NCBI RefSeq assembly: GCF_006345805.1
Contig: NC_043007.1
Coordinates: 62,682,001 to 62,746,000, forward strand
Length of the DNA: 64,000 bases
Reading direction: 5' to 3'
Source of the DNA: Octopus sinensis
Lineage: Eukaryota
A program made the position numbers and the translations under genes. The notes under the pieces are model-generated. The model did not search any database, was not told where the DNA came from, and was given only the letters and a program-made list of their open reading frames with translations. Positions 24,901-38,569 of this stretch are shown piece after piece (position 1 is the stretch's first letter; each line of letters opens with the position of its first letter).

Positions 24901-25687
24901 TATGCCATTGAACAAAATTCCAATGTTGACTAACAATACCAAAAGAAACAGAAGTGGGTGGAAAGGCCACAAATTCATACGGGTTGGGTATGGTTGACTT
25001 TATATTAATACTCATTATAACACTTGGATTTATTTGTATTTGAATTTGTAAATATCTAAAGTTCATTCACTGGCTTGTTGTTTTGTTGATGAGGTTCTCC
25101 TTTTTGATTTTTCATGTTTGTGCCAATTTTTTCTTTAGTTTTGTTTTACTGTTATTGTTTTTCATTGGAACGCAAAAAGAAGAAATTCTAGAAGCTCCTG
25201 TGCAACAGCAGCATCACCATATAATGGAAAAGTTCTCAGTAAAGTGAAGTACTTCTATACCATTTTTATTAGTTACAAAGATTATACAACAATACATAAA
25301 CACATTCAACACATTAATTACAAACAAACCCAAATTAAACATGAATGAATCTAACATAAAATATATTACAAAAATCAAATGTACCCCAGGTATAAAATAG
25401 CAGAACCTCTTCCTTGTCCTCCTTTTGTTTTACATCGATTTTTTCCTATACTAGCATGGGTTGGATAAATATATTACTGAGGCAATATTTTACAGTCAGT
25501 TACCCTTCTTGTCACAAACCCTTGCCTGTTTTTCAGTTTAGGGGTATCTAATTTCACAGATCTTTGAAGATTACCATTTGACAGGGGAAATGACAGAAAT
25601 GTCACTGCAATAGGTGAGCAATTTTTCAGAGAAATGCAAATACAAACAAACACATAAACATACACATAGGCACTTTCTTTCTCTCTC

Positions 25688-25722
<35 letters not shown>

Positions 25723-25726
25723 AACA

Positions 25727-25792
<66 letters not shown>

Positions 25793-26432
25793 ATATAGCT
25801 GTGCAGGCATAGCTGTGAAGTGTAGGCTTAGCTCTGTGGTAAGAAGTTTGCTTCCTAGCCACATAGTTTCAGGTTCAGTCCCACTGTGAGGCACCTTGGG
25901 TAATTGTCTTCTACTACAGCCCTAGGCCAACCAAAACTTTTGCGAGAGAATTTAGTATGTGTGTGTGTGTGCATGTGTTACTTTGTCCTTGCCATGAGTT
26001 AGTGTGATAGTCGGAGACAAGTGTCATCATCATGCAAGTAATGTCCTTCATTTCTAATCTTCTGTGAAAGCATGTTTGGTCATGGAGAAATATTATCTTA
26101 CATTGAAGCAGGTGAGTGTTCATGACAGGAAGGGCATCCTGCTATAGAAAATCTGCCTCAACAAATTCTGTCTGATCCATGCAAGTGGACATTAAAAACA
26201 ATGATGATGATGATGATGATGGTGATGACGATGATGATGGTGATATATATCTGGGGTTTTTTTTTCATTATTTTATTACTTATTTTTTAGGAATTATTTC
26301 TCTTACCTTTGATTTAAATGATTTGATCTTTTACATATTTCCATGCATATTTTTTTCCACATCCATACAAGTTTTGAAATTGAATTTTACGTTTTATTTT
26401 GATCAGGATTTTTTTCAGTGTATGTTTGTGTA

Positions 26433-26472
<40 letters not shown>

Positions 26473-26739
26473 TTGTATTTTTAAAATTTTTTTTATTTTC
26501 TTTCTACCTTCCATCAATAATACCTTTAGTTCTCTCTCTATCTAATATCTCAATCTACTACATGCTTTCTAATTGTGTCCACCTTCCCCGTAAACTGTGT
26601 TTGTCTAACCATAGTAGATAAAAATTGTCAGTTGTAGCCATTAACATCTTTTAACTTAGTTCCCGACTCCTCTTCTTTCCCTTTCTTTTTCTTTTTCTTC
26701 ACTCTTTCTTCTTGTCTTTCTCTTTCTTCCTCTTTTTTC

Positions 26740-26990
26740 TCTGCTTGCATATTTGTCACTCCACCCTATCATCAAATTTCTCCATTAGGACGTCCCTAAA
26801 TCTCTGACCATATGAAGGGTCCTTAAGCTTCCAAATCCTTCTTTTCCAGATCGGTCTGCTTCTTGGTATCCTTCTGGTCTGAAATCTAAAGTTGCTAATG
26901 ACTAGTCTATGCTGGGGGTACATTCTTCACCCAGGGAAGGTCTTTTTATTTAAGAGCAACCATGCATTCCGCTGTCTGGTGAGAAAGAGG
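26740..26990 (-). mobile_element. RTE LINE fragment (endonuclease end/linker)
   Basis: Minus strand reads ECTPSI/QHRLVISNFRF..IWKRRIWKLKDP..QRFRDVL; homologous to 38865-39230. Confidence 0.75.
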
Positions 26991-27197
26991 TAAATGTATG
27001 TATGTATTATGTATGTATGTATGTATGTATGTATGTATGTATGTATGTATGTATGTATGTATGTATGTGTGTATGTATGTATGTATGCATTATGTATGTA
27101 CGTATGTATGTATGTATGTGTATATATATATATGTAACTATGTATGTATGTATGTATGTATGTGTGTATGTATAGGTATATATTTGTGTGTGTGTGT

Positions 27198-27365
27198 ATA
27201 GTCAATTCAATGAATAAACAATTCAAAAGACAAATAAAAAACGAAAAAAATAAAAATAGGAATGTGAGAATGTGCACAAAAGTGATATTAGTTTGATACT
27301 TGGTGAAAGGAGAGAGGTTTTAACATTTCTAGCATGGCTCTTCATCAGAAGGGAGAAGAAATATC
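27198..27365 (-). mobile_element. Short Penelope-like 3' end with hammerhead motif
   Basis: rc of 27318-27351: ctt CTGATGA a GAGC cat GCTa GAAA tGTT aaaa (CpG-decayed). A second family copy at 39660-39790 is truncated before the HHR. Confidence 0.7.
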
Positions 27366-27567
27366 ACCAACGGCCCAGGTGTGGTTACATTTCTGAAGTG
27401 ATCGGAAGTGAAAGAAGATAAAGTGGATTTTTGGAACAGGAGAGTGTGAAGGTGGTAGGATCTGTGTATGTGTGTGTTAGTGATTGTGTTTATATTGTGA
27501 AAGGTGTGTGAATGGGTGGGTGTGGCTGTGTGTGTGTGTGTGTGTGTATGTGCATGTGGTAGCATGT

Positions 27568-27598
<31 letters not shown>

Positions 27599-27753
27599 GT
27601 AGGTTCTGAGTGCATGTGTGTTAGTGTTTGTGTTTATGCGGCAGTTGTGAAAAGTGTGTGAATGGGTGGGGTGTGGCTGTGTGTGTGAGTGTCTACATGC
27701 ATATGGGTGTGTGTGTGTCTCTCTCTCTGTATCACGCTCTCTCTCTCTCTCTC

Positions 27754-27789
<36 letters not shown>

Positions 27790-27792
<3 letters not shown>

Positions 27793-28300
27793 TCATCATC
27801 ATCATCATCATTTAACGTCCGCTTTCCATGCTAGCATGGGTTGGACGGTTCAACTGGGGTCTGGGGAGCCCGAAAGCTGCACCAGTCCAGTCAGATCTGG
27901 CAGTGTTTTCACAGCTGGATGCCCTTCCTAACGCCAACCACTCCGAGAGTGTAGTGGGTGATTTTATGTGCCACCGACACAGGTGCCAGACGAGGCTGGC
28001 AAACGGCCACGCTCGGATGGTGTTTTTTATGTGCCACCGACACAGGTGCCAGACGAGGCTGGCAGACGGCCACGCTCGGATGGTGTTTTTATGTGCCACC
28101 GACACAGGTGCCAGATGAGGCTGGCAAACGGCCACGATCGGATGGTGTTTGTTACGTGCCCACAGCACGGAGGCCAGTCGATGCGGTACTGGCTACGGCC
28201 ACGTTCGGATGGTTTTCTTGTGTGCCACGTGCCACTGGCACTAGTACCACAAAGATACAAATTCCATTGATGTTCATCTATTTTGATTTGTTTTGATTTT
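27790..28300 (-). mobile_element. Young RTE-type 3' UTR/SINE with ~63 bp internal tandem units
   Basis: tttaacgtccgctttccatgctagcatgggttggacgg... is near-identical to 49803-50055; repeated gtgccaccgacacaggtgccagacgaggctggc. Confidence 0.85.
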
Positions 28301-28329
28301 CACTTATATATATATATATATATATATAT

Positions 28330-28638
28330 ACGAGAAAGAAGCAACAAGAATGGATTAGTTTTTAGTACAATTGTTTCATACAAAGACAGGCTTTATTAAA
28401 AGTTGCAAATATTGCAGCAGATAAAAGTGTCCCGTATCTGCTGCAATATTTGCAACTTTTAATAAAGCCTGTCTTTGTATGAAACAATTGTACTAAAAAC
28501 TAATCCATTCTTGTTGCTTCTTTCTCGTTTATAATCACCCCACATTACTGTATGGTTAACACCATATAGTTTTCTGGTGCATCTAAGTTAAGTACCGCAT
28601 TCAAGTAAATTCATTAGAATTGACTTGAATCTTAATTG

Positions 28639-28644
<6 letters not shown>
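28330..28644 (+). mobile_element. Fold-back (94 bp perfect arms, 11 bp spacer) Penelope-like fragment in (TA)n
   Basis: 28330-28423 is the reverse complement of 28435-28528. Contains the HHR half GAAAC aatt GTA at 28481-28492; (TA)n on both sides. Confidence 0.8.
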
Positions 28645-28678
<34 letters not shown>

Positions 28679-29072
28679 TCTTTATTACCCACAAGGGGCT
28701 AAACATAGAGGGGACAAACAAGGACAGACAAACGGATTAAGTCGATTACATCGACCCCAGTGCGCAACTGGTACTTAATTTATCGACCCCGAATATGGCA
28801 CTTAAGTTGAATATGGCACTTAAATGGCACCAGAATTTAGTATGGTATTATCCATACAATTTCAAAATAAGGTGATTAAAATCAAAATAAGCAACAAGGA
28901 TATCCTTATTGCTTATTTTGATTTTAAATATATATATGTGTATGTGTGTGTGTGTGTGTGTGTCTGTGTGTGTGTGTATCTCAGTACTACAGACTCACAT
29001 TATCACTATTCCAGGAGTGTAGCAGTACATATATCACAACCATTATGAACACTCCTGAATCAAACCTTTATT

Positions 29073-29076
29073 ATCT

Positions 29077-29153
<77 letters not shown>

Positions 29154-29199
29154 GTCTGTCTATCTATCTATATATATATATATATACATACACATACAT

Positions 29200-29279
<80 letters not shown>

Positions 29280-29303
29280 TATACATACACACACACACAC
29301 ACA
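29073..29303. repeat. Compound (CT)n(CTAT)n(TA)n(CA)n microsatellite
   Basis: Directly visible. Confidence 0.95.
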
Positions 29304-29997
29304 TGGGTCTATCAGCCGCTACTAAATTCAAACCCCAACGAACAGAGAAGATGGCTTTGAAGTTGACAATTTTTAAACTAACAGAGACAAGACGCATATA
29401 TTGCCTGAGGAAACACAGCTAGATCTCATTATGCAAACAAGCAATTGCATAATCAAATACCTGTATTCTTGGAAAACTATGTTGCATTGAAACAATTGTA
29501 GCAAATAATAAATAAATGACCAACCATGTGTCTTCTTCACTCCACTTTCTTCAATTTTACATTCACACACGACAAATGCCCAAACTTAAAATTGGTAGTA
29601 TATAGTAATACTATCAATAGTAGTAGGTAATTCTGAAGGTGAATGTGTTTTATACTATACTCTACCACATTCTTAATGGAATATAACATAACTATATACA
29701 TACATACATACATACATACATACATACATACACACACACTCACACACACACTCACACACACACACACACAACACACACACACACACACATATAAGAGTAC
29801 GTGTGTTTGAAAAGGTTAAACAAAAGAGCTTACATGCTAGAAAAAAACGTCTTCCTAAAAAAGTTCAGTAACATCCTCATAATAGATTTCATTACATTTT
29901 CTTAAATAATTTTTTTTTAAAATCACCTGTACACTTAAAAAACTGAATTCAGTAATTCTCATAGACTTTCATATATATATATATACATATATATATA

Positions 29998-30180
29998 TAA
30001 AGGGAAAGTTTACGAAAATAAACAAAAGACGAAGGCAGGTGGAGTACAAACAAACAACTGTATTAGTATAGTGCTCAGGAATAGAAAAAGTCTTTTACGT
30101 TTCGAGCCTACACTCTTTGACAGAAAGATACACAGAAAAAAAACAAGCAGAGAAAAAAATGCGTGTAGGAGCTAACGATG
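29998..30180 (-). mobile_element. Short microsatellite-embedded element with variant hammerhead motif
   Basis: rc of 30092-30127: CTTT ctgtcaa a GAGt gtag GCTC GAAAC GTA AAAG. Related copy at 50075-50232(+). Confidence 0.65.
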
Positions 30181-30520
30181 TGTGTGTGTGTGTGGGTGTA
30201 GATATATGGCTATGTAGTTGTGTTATTTGGGTGTGTCAAACAAATATTGTGGAAGTTGAAAGATTAGTAAAGGTAAAAGCAGAAAGCAAAGGTATTGAAT
30301 TTATGGCTAATTTGAGAAAGGAGTTTAAAGTCAATGTAGTTTGATTATTAACATTGTTATCTAGCAAACAAGAAATAGTCAGCATGCTATCTGCCAAAGG
30401 TCTGTTATTGTTCTCTGATCAGAAAACTGGTATTTACATAGATAAAGTGTTTAATAGTGTATATTTCCAAATTTCTAAATATATACATATATGTGTATGT
30501 GTGTGTGTGTGTGTGTGTAC

Positions 30521-30565
<45 letters not shown>

Positions 30566-31285
30566 TAGACAGACAGACAGACAGACAGATAGATAGATAG
30601 ACAAACAGACAGACAGACAGAGACAGACAGATATTTACATATATCATCACTATTATCATTGCTTGCATGGGCCAGGAACAATTTGTTGAGATAGATCTTT
30701 TACAGCTGGATGCCTTTCCTGTTATCAACTTTCACCAGTTTCCAAACTAGATAATATTTCTCGATGGTCCAGAAGACTGGAAAAGAAAAAGCTTTGCTTT
30801 CTTGAGCATAACTGTCTTGTGACGTCAAAACAAGGAGACCTATACACATACATACACAAATACACACACACACACACACACACATACACACACATCCATA
30901 TACAATGGACTTCTTTCCATTTGCATGTACCTAATCCACAGACAAGGATTTGGTCAGGTTGTGGTTATAGAAGACACTTGTTCAAGATGACACACAGTGG
31001 GAAACCATGTAGTTGAGAAGCAAACTACTTAATCAGACAAAAATATCTATGCATATATATACAACACTTGAAGTTTTGTATTGTTTGTTAAATAACCTAC
31101 AAAAACATTTTTTTATGCAGTTACTTCAGGTCATTATACAATAAAATCTTTTGAAATATTCAATCAAGTAAAAATAAAATATGCAAATTGTAAAGTATTT
31201 ACAACTATGATTAACAAAAAAGTATTCATTCAGACTTTTCCTATTCGAAATTTGAAATTAAATTCTAGCCTTAAACCCTGATAAT

Positions 31286-31480
31286 CTATATATATAAAAC
31301 TGAGAATGTGTGTGTGTGAGTGTATCTGTCTATCTGTCTGTATGTGTGAATCCCTAAAACTCGAGAAGTACCCTACCATTTTCATTCAAATTTTACACAT
31401 GCATTACTTAGGCTCCATGGAGTGTCATGGGCCAAAAAAATTTTCAACTTCTTGCCTAATGCGAGCCTAGAGAAATCTTT
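31286..31480 (+). mobile_element. Non-autonomous Helitron-like 5' portion
   Basis: Starts a/TCTATATATATAAAA followed by an internal (TG)/(TCTG) microsatellite, typical of animal non-autonomous Helitrons. Confidence 0.55.
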
Positions 31481-31791
31481 TACACTGGTTTGGTATTATG
31501 TGTCAAAAGTGAAAACATAAGATCTATATTGTAATGTGGTATAATATTGTTTCACTTTTATTATTTCACTATTAATTCTAATGTGATAACACAAAGATCT
31601 CGTAGCTTCAAGATTTTGATGATGTGATTTATTTTTAAAATGACATTGTAGGGTAAGATATCAGAGGCTAAATCTGACCAGTTTGAACATAAAACAGGTA
31701 GACTATTTTGTCCACATATGGCTGGTTTAAATGTTTAAGGGTTAAAGTATGAGAGAAGAAACCAGAGCCAAATGGGTTTCTTGCTCTAGAG

Positions 31792-32560
31792 CAGTGATTC
31801 TCAACCAGGGTCCATATGACTCCTGGGGTGCCTATATAAGATTTTTGTGGAGTCCACACAAGCAAAGTAGTAAATTTGTTACATACAACAGTATATTAAG
31901 GGCACATGAAAAAGTTTTGATTTAGATGTATTTATTGGTGCAGGAGCGGCTGTGTGGTAAATAGCTTGCTTAACAGCCACATGGTTCTGGATTCATTCCC
32001 ATTGTGTGGCACCTTAGGCGAGTGTCTTCTACTATAGCCTCGGGCTGACCAAAGCCTTGTGAATGGATTTGGTAGATGGAAACTGAAAGAAGTCCGTCGT
32101 ATATATGTATGTATGTATATATATATATATGTATGTATATATGTATGTATGTGTGTGTGTGTTTGTGTCTGTGTCCTCCCAACATTGCTTGACAACCGAT
32201 GGTGGTGTGTTTACATCGCTGTAGTTTAGCGGTTCGGCAAAAGAGACTGATAGAATAATTACTAGGTTTACAAAGAATAAGTCCTGGGGTCGATTTGCTT
32301 GACTAAAGGCAGTGCTCCAGCATGGCCACAGTCAAAATGACTGAAACAAGTAAAAGAGTAAAAGAGTAAAGAGTATTGGAAAAACACCTAGGTTTCTTTC
32401 TCTAACGTGTTGCATAGTTCAATCTACACAAGTTAATGTGAGAAAAACAATGAAGGAATTTTGAAAGAAGTATCTATAAAACTAATTTTTAAACACCAAG
32501 AGGCTATAGCGGTCCACCACAGTAAAACAAAAGGGTGCATTGATAGAAAATACTGTTGAG
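31792..32560. mobile_element. hAT/Charlie-like MITE remnant interrupted by a SINE
   Basis: Left end cagtgattctcaaccagggtcc; degenerate right end ~gttgagggacta; SINE inside at 31937-32372. Confidence 0.45.
31937..32372 (+). mobile_element. Well-preserved tRNA-headed modular SINE
   Basis: A-box ggctgtgtggtaa, CORE-like gtggcaccttaggcgagtgtctt, microsatellite linker, and a tail ending in (gtaaaaga)n. Confidence 0.85.
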
Positions 32561-33225
32561 GGACTACATAGCTATTCACATTTTAGGAGAGGGGTTGGGG
32601 TGATTTGGGTGGGGCAGGAAAGAGAGGAAAAAGCAGTGATGAGGTGTCTATGAATTCTTGAAGCATGAGGTGAGTAGAAGTGAATGAGAGCAGAAGAATC
32701 AGTGGAAGTTGCAAGATTGTAAGGGAGAGTGAAAGATGGGGAGTAGGTGAGGGTGGGTGGGTGAACATAATGAATTAAGAACAAGTGTGGAGTGGATGAT
32801 AAGTAGGGGAAGTAGGTAATAACTATAGAGATTGGATTGAGTTGACAGGGTGCTGATGTAGTGAAGAGCAGCAAAACTGTAATAATGATGCAGAGGACAG
32901 GGGAAAAATTGGAGAGAGAGAGAGAAGGACAGATAGACAGAGATAGAAAGACAGAGACACAGAAACAGAGAACCACAGAGAGAGAGGAAGAAATAAAAAG
33001 AGAGAGAGATGATGATGATGATGATAATGATGATGTGATTGGAGAAATCATGAGAGTGTGGAGAAACTGGAGAGAGAGGTAGGTGGAGAGCATGAAGTGG
33101 GTGAGAGGTATATGGCAATGCAGAAGGTGAGATGATTTGGTGTTAGAGATCAGGTCAATGAAGAATGTATGTGGAAAGAGCAATATTGAGGATGAGGGAT
33201 GTATATCAAGTGAAACACATACATG

Positions 33226-34255
33226 TACGCAATGGTATCAAAAAGTTCCAAGACTAGTCATGTTTAATGTTTTCTACTATAGGCACAAGGCCCGTAATTT
33301 TTGGAGAGGGGGCCAGTCGATTAGATCAACCCCAGTATGCAACTGGTACTCAATTTATTGACTCCGAAAGGATGAAAGGCAAAGTTGACTTTGGTGGAAT
33401 TTGAACTCAGAATGAAAAGAGAGACAAAATACCACTAAGCATTTCACCCAGCATACTAACGTTTTTGACAGCTCACCACCATACTGGTCGTATTTAATAA
33501 AAAAAAAACTTATTTACATAAGTCTTAATATCATCCTCTTCAAAATAGTCGCCTTGTACAGCAATACACCAGTCCCAGCATTCCTGCCACTTTTGTAATC
33601 AGACTCAGAAGTCCTTTTCCATAAGTGAGTTGAGGACCTTCTACAATTCGCTCTGAGTCTTGACAATGGTGTTAAAACAGCAACCTTTGAGCTGCTTTTT
33701 CATCTTGGGGAAGAGACTAAAGTCTGTAGGTGCTAAATCTGGTGAATGGGGTGGGTGCAGAAGTGATATCAGATGTTTTTGATGAGAAACTCATGAGTGA
33801 GGAGAGCTTGATGACAGAGTTCATTGTCATCATGAAGAACCCAATTTTTCACACTCCACAGATCTGATCGCTTTTGCTGAATGTCGTACCTCAAACACTT
33901 CAAAACGTCACAGTAAACCTCTTGATTATTGGTCTGGCCCTGGGGATGAATTCTAGATACACAATATCACATTTCTGGGGATGATGTTCATGGCAGGTCT
34001 TCTAGATCATTCATCATCTTCCAGAGATGTTTTTCCACTTTTCAAGCACCTATGTCACTCAAAACATTGCATATGGCCCATTACCTCATCGCTGTAAGCT
34101 TTCTGAAGCATGCTCAATGCCTCTGTAGCAGACTTCCCAAGTTTAACACAAAATTTCACGTTGGTTCTTTGTTCCTGTCCATACAAAATCCTTGACTACA
34201 GCATTCATGTGATAACAAAAACACAAATTTCACAACTTGCAAAGTAAACACAGTG
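33226..34255 (-). mobile_element. Degraded, internally deleted mariner transposon with SINE insertion
   Basis: Minus-strand C-terminus KWQECWDWCIAVQGDYFEE, PDLAPTD-like and DN-like segments. The SINE at 33270-33480 is flanked by a diverged TSD actagtcatgtttaat/actggtcgtatttaat. Confidence 0.75.
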
Positions 34256-34397
34256 TGTGCGTGTACATGTATGTGCATGTTTGTGTTTTATGTATGTGTT
34301 TGTACGTATGTGTATGTATATATATTTGCATGTATATGTGTATATGGTTGTATATGTGTGTGTATGTATGTGTGTATATGTATATATATATATATAT

Positions 34398-34679
34398 ATT
34401 TAATGTAGGATAAAACTTTTTTCGAAAAAAAAAATTTTATCAATGGCCAGCATATTAAAAAATACCTTTAAAGGTTAAAATTATAAACAACTTATAAATA
34501 AGGGCAAACGACAAAATTTCTAATGCCAAATATGCTGAAAGTTGGACATATTGTCCATAACCATATAATTTTTCACAATAGCGTGATTATTGTGAAAAAT
34601 GTTATGGTTATGGACAATATGTCCAACTTTCGGCATATTTGGCATTAGAAATTTTTTCGTTTGCCCTTATTTATAAGTT
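34398..34679. mobile_element. Fold-back (~92 bp arms, 7 bp spacer) element in (TA)n
   Basis: 34489-34580 is the reverse complement of 34588-34679 with few mismatches; (TA)n on both sides. Confidence 0.75.
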
Positions 34680-35468
34680 ATATATATATATATGTTTATT
34701 CATTTATATTTATATATGTCTTATGTGAATATGTACTTCTTTATTTTACTTGTTGTATCTTCCTTCACACTTCCACCCCTGTATGTGCATGTGTGAGTGT
34801 ATGCATGTTTTTTTTTGCGTATATGTGTGTGTTGTGTATGTGTGTATGTATGTATATGCGTATGACTATATCCTTATGTATTAAGTGTTTATGTTTTTTT
34901 CTGTCACTTATAATTTTATAATAATTTTCTCCTTCATATATTCATTTTTTGTTCCTACTTTTCTCTGATTGTCTCACCTACCATGGGCTAGTTTTTGAGT
35001 AAGATAACTTTCTTGAATTACACTGGTTGGTCTTGTCTGATCGATGTTTTTTCCTTGTTAAGTTCTCTTTGGTTTTTTTCTTTGCATGTGTGTACATTTT
35101 TACTTTAATATTGTAATTTTTTTCAAACATAGTCTTGCCTATCACTTTTTAGCCTCGTGTAAAATATTTTGTTTATTATACTTTGTCTCGACCTGTTACC
35201 ATTTTTTAAAACATAACTGTTAGATTTTTATTCTTATTTTTACATTATAGTTTACTTCACATTTAGATGTGCATACACATTGATATGTCTTTTTTTTTTC
35301 TTTCGTCTCTCTTACTATTAATTATTACTGTTATTTTTTACCCTTTTACAACTTGCTTGTAAATACCAGATTTTTTTCCTATTACCCCATTTGTATCCCC
35401 CCTTATTGTATCTTATTTTAATTTACTTTATTTTATTAAACCTTTTTTGATGTCCTTACAAAAATTAC

Positions 35469-35573
35469 TCACACTGATGAAAATGACAATCCATAAATTT
35501 AATTATAATTACTATGGTTATAAATTTATTCTTACATATTTGTATTGTCCTTTGAAACACACATATGTATTGA
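35469..35573 (+). ncRNA. Degenerate hammerhead-like motif with long AU-rich stem II, in a probable Penelope-like 3' remnant
   Basis: CTGATGA at 35474-35480; aaatgacaat/attgtccttt and ataaattta/taaatttat pairings; GAAAC at 35554, GTA at 35567; region ends in (TA)n at 35815. Confidence 0.5.
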
Positions 35574-35968
35574 ATCCTATTTTGTATTAAATCTAATTTT
35601 GGTGCAACATCTTTTTCTTCTCTATTTTTCTATAATTTTTTTATGGTATATTTATACCTATAACGATATTTTCCAACTACTATTTTCATATGCTTATTAC
35701 TTGCTCTGGCTGTTTTTTATGAATATGATGAATCTTTATTAGAAATCATTCTTTCTCCCTTTTTGGACTTCTCAAAAAGTTTGAATTGTTCTCTTTTGAA
35801 CTTATTTTTTCCCATATATAATATATATATATATATGGGGAAAAATACACTACACACACACACACACATATAAATAGAGAGAGAGCAGGACAGATAGACA
35901 GCGAATGATATGGGTAAGAGCGGAAGCTAGTTTTTAATATTCCTGAAACTACAGGTATGCTCTGTTCT

Positions 35969-35975
35969 GTGTGTA

Positions 35976-36028
<53 letters not shown>

Positions 36029-36048
36029 ATGTTGTGTGTGTGTGTGTA

Positions 36049-36081
<33 letters not shown>

Positions 36082-36262
36082 TTGTGTGTGCATTGGTGTG
36101 CATGGTTGTGTGTGTGTGTGTGTTTGTGTGTGTATGTTTGTGTGTGTTTATGTTTGTGTGTGTGTGAGTGTGGAGTGTGTGTGGAATGTTTGGGGAGTGG
36201 AGAGTGTATGCATGGGGCGGTAATGGTGGGATGTGAGTGTGTGTATGTCTGTGTGTGTGTAT
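35969..36262. repeat. Long imperfect (TG)n tract
   Basis: Directly visible. Confidence 0.95.
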
Positions 36263-36496
36263 TAATGCAAAATCCCTCAACTGATAAGCCAAAGCACAAC
36301 TATCTTATCTACTTATTGATTGATAGGGGCATAATGATTACAGCACCACTGCAGGTTTGAACTTATGACCTACACTTTGGCTGTCATGTGTAGTAGCAAT
36401 CAATAATTTTAGCTCTTAAATCAGCCTGCTGTTCTGGAAAACACCCTCATATCAGATCTCTTCCTCACCTCTCTCTCTCTCCCTCTCTCTCTATCA

Positions 36497-36527
<31 letters not shown>

Positions 36528-37088
36528 TACGTGCATACACACATACATATTCCTCATCATCATCATTATCATTCAACATTCATCTTCTATCCTGGCATAG
36601 GCTGAATGGTTTGACAGGAGTTGGCAAGTCAAAAAACTTCACTAAGCTCCAGTGTCTGCTTTGGCATGATTTCTATGGATGGATACCCCTCCAAATGCCA
36701 ACCACTTTACAGAATGTACTCAGTGCCTTTTATGTGGCACCAGCACTGGTACCTCTTATGTGGCTCTAGTACCACATATGTGAGGGCATGTGGCCTAGTG
36801 GTTAGGGTGTTGCACTCACAATCATGAGATCATGGTTTCAATTCCTAGACTGAGTGATGTGTTGTGTTCTTGAGCAAAACACTTCATCTCACACTGCTCT
36901 GCGATCACTTGAACACCTGACACAGGTACACAGTGCACCTGCTCAGACAACATCGATTTGATGGAGAGAGTGAACTAATGTGCAGCATGAACATTTGATC
37001 ACTATAAACACATTTGTGCAGGTTGTTCAGTAAGCTGAATGCTCATACATCGTCTTGGACAGGAGAGTCCATCATATGTATATATATA

Positions 37089-37272
37089 TTAATGTTTGTT
37101 ATTATGTAGACTTATAATAAAAACAATTTTACATTAACCTGATGTATACTCTATACTTTTTGTAACGTAAATATTTATTGTTCTTTAACAAGCCTTCATT
37201 GGACTGGCTAATGAAGGCTAAGCAGGCTGAAACTGTGAAGTCACTACCAACACTATTCTTACTACAGAATAA
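37089..37272 (+). mobile_element. Short element with degenerate hammerhead, family copy 1
   Basis: Homologous to 38289-38448; CTaATGA aggct aagc aggct GAAAC tgtgaa GTC at 37208-37242. Confidence 0.6.
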
Positions 37273-37303
37273 TGTGTGTGTGTGTGTGTGTGTGTTTGTG
37301 TGC

Positions 37304-38448
<1,145 letters not shown>

Positions 38449-38569
38449 ATCATCATCATCATCATCATCCTAAGTAGACCGAGTGCAGGTATGAATGGTA
38501 TAGGGGAACCGGTATTGAGGAAGGATAGGAAAATATTATAAGCCCTAAATTTCACTCCATAATTGCCCA

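Noticed and set aside
32572-33200. 203 aa minus-strand ORF
   Set aside because: GA-rich low-complexity sequence with an embedded microsatellite; possibly old retroelement debris, but no motif I can support.
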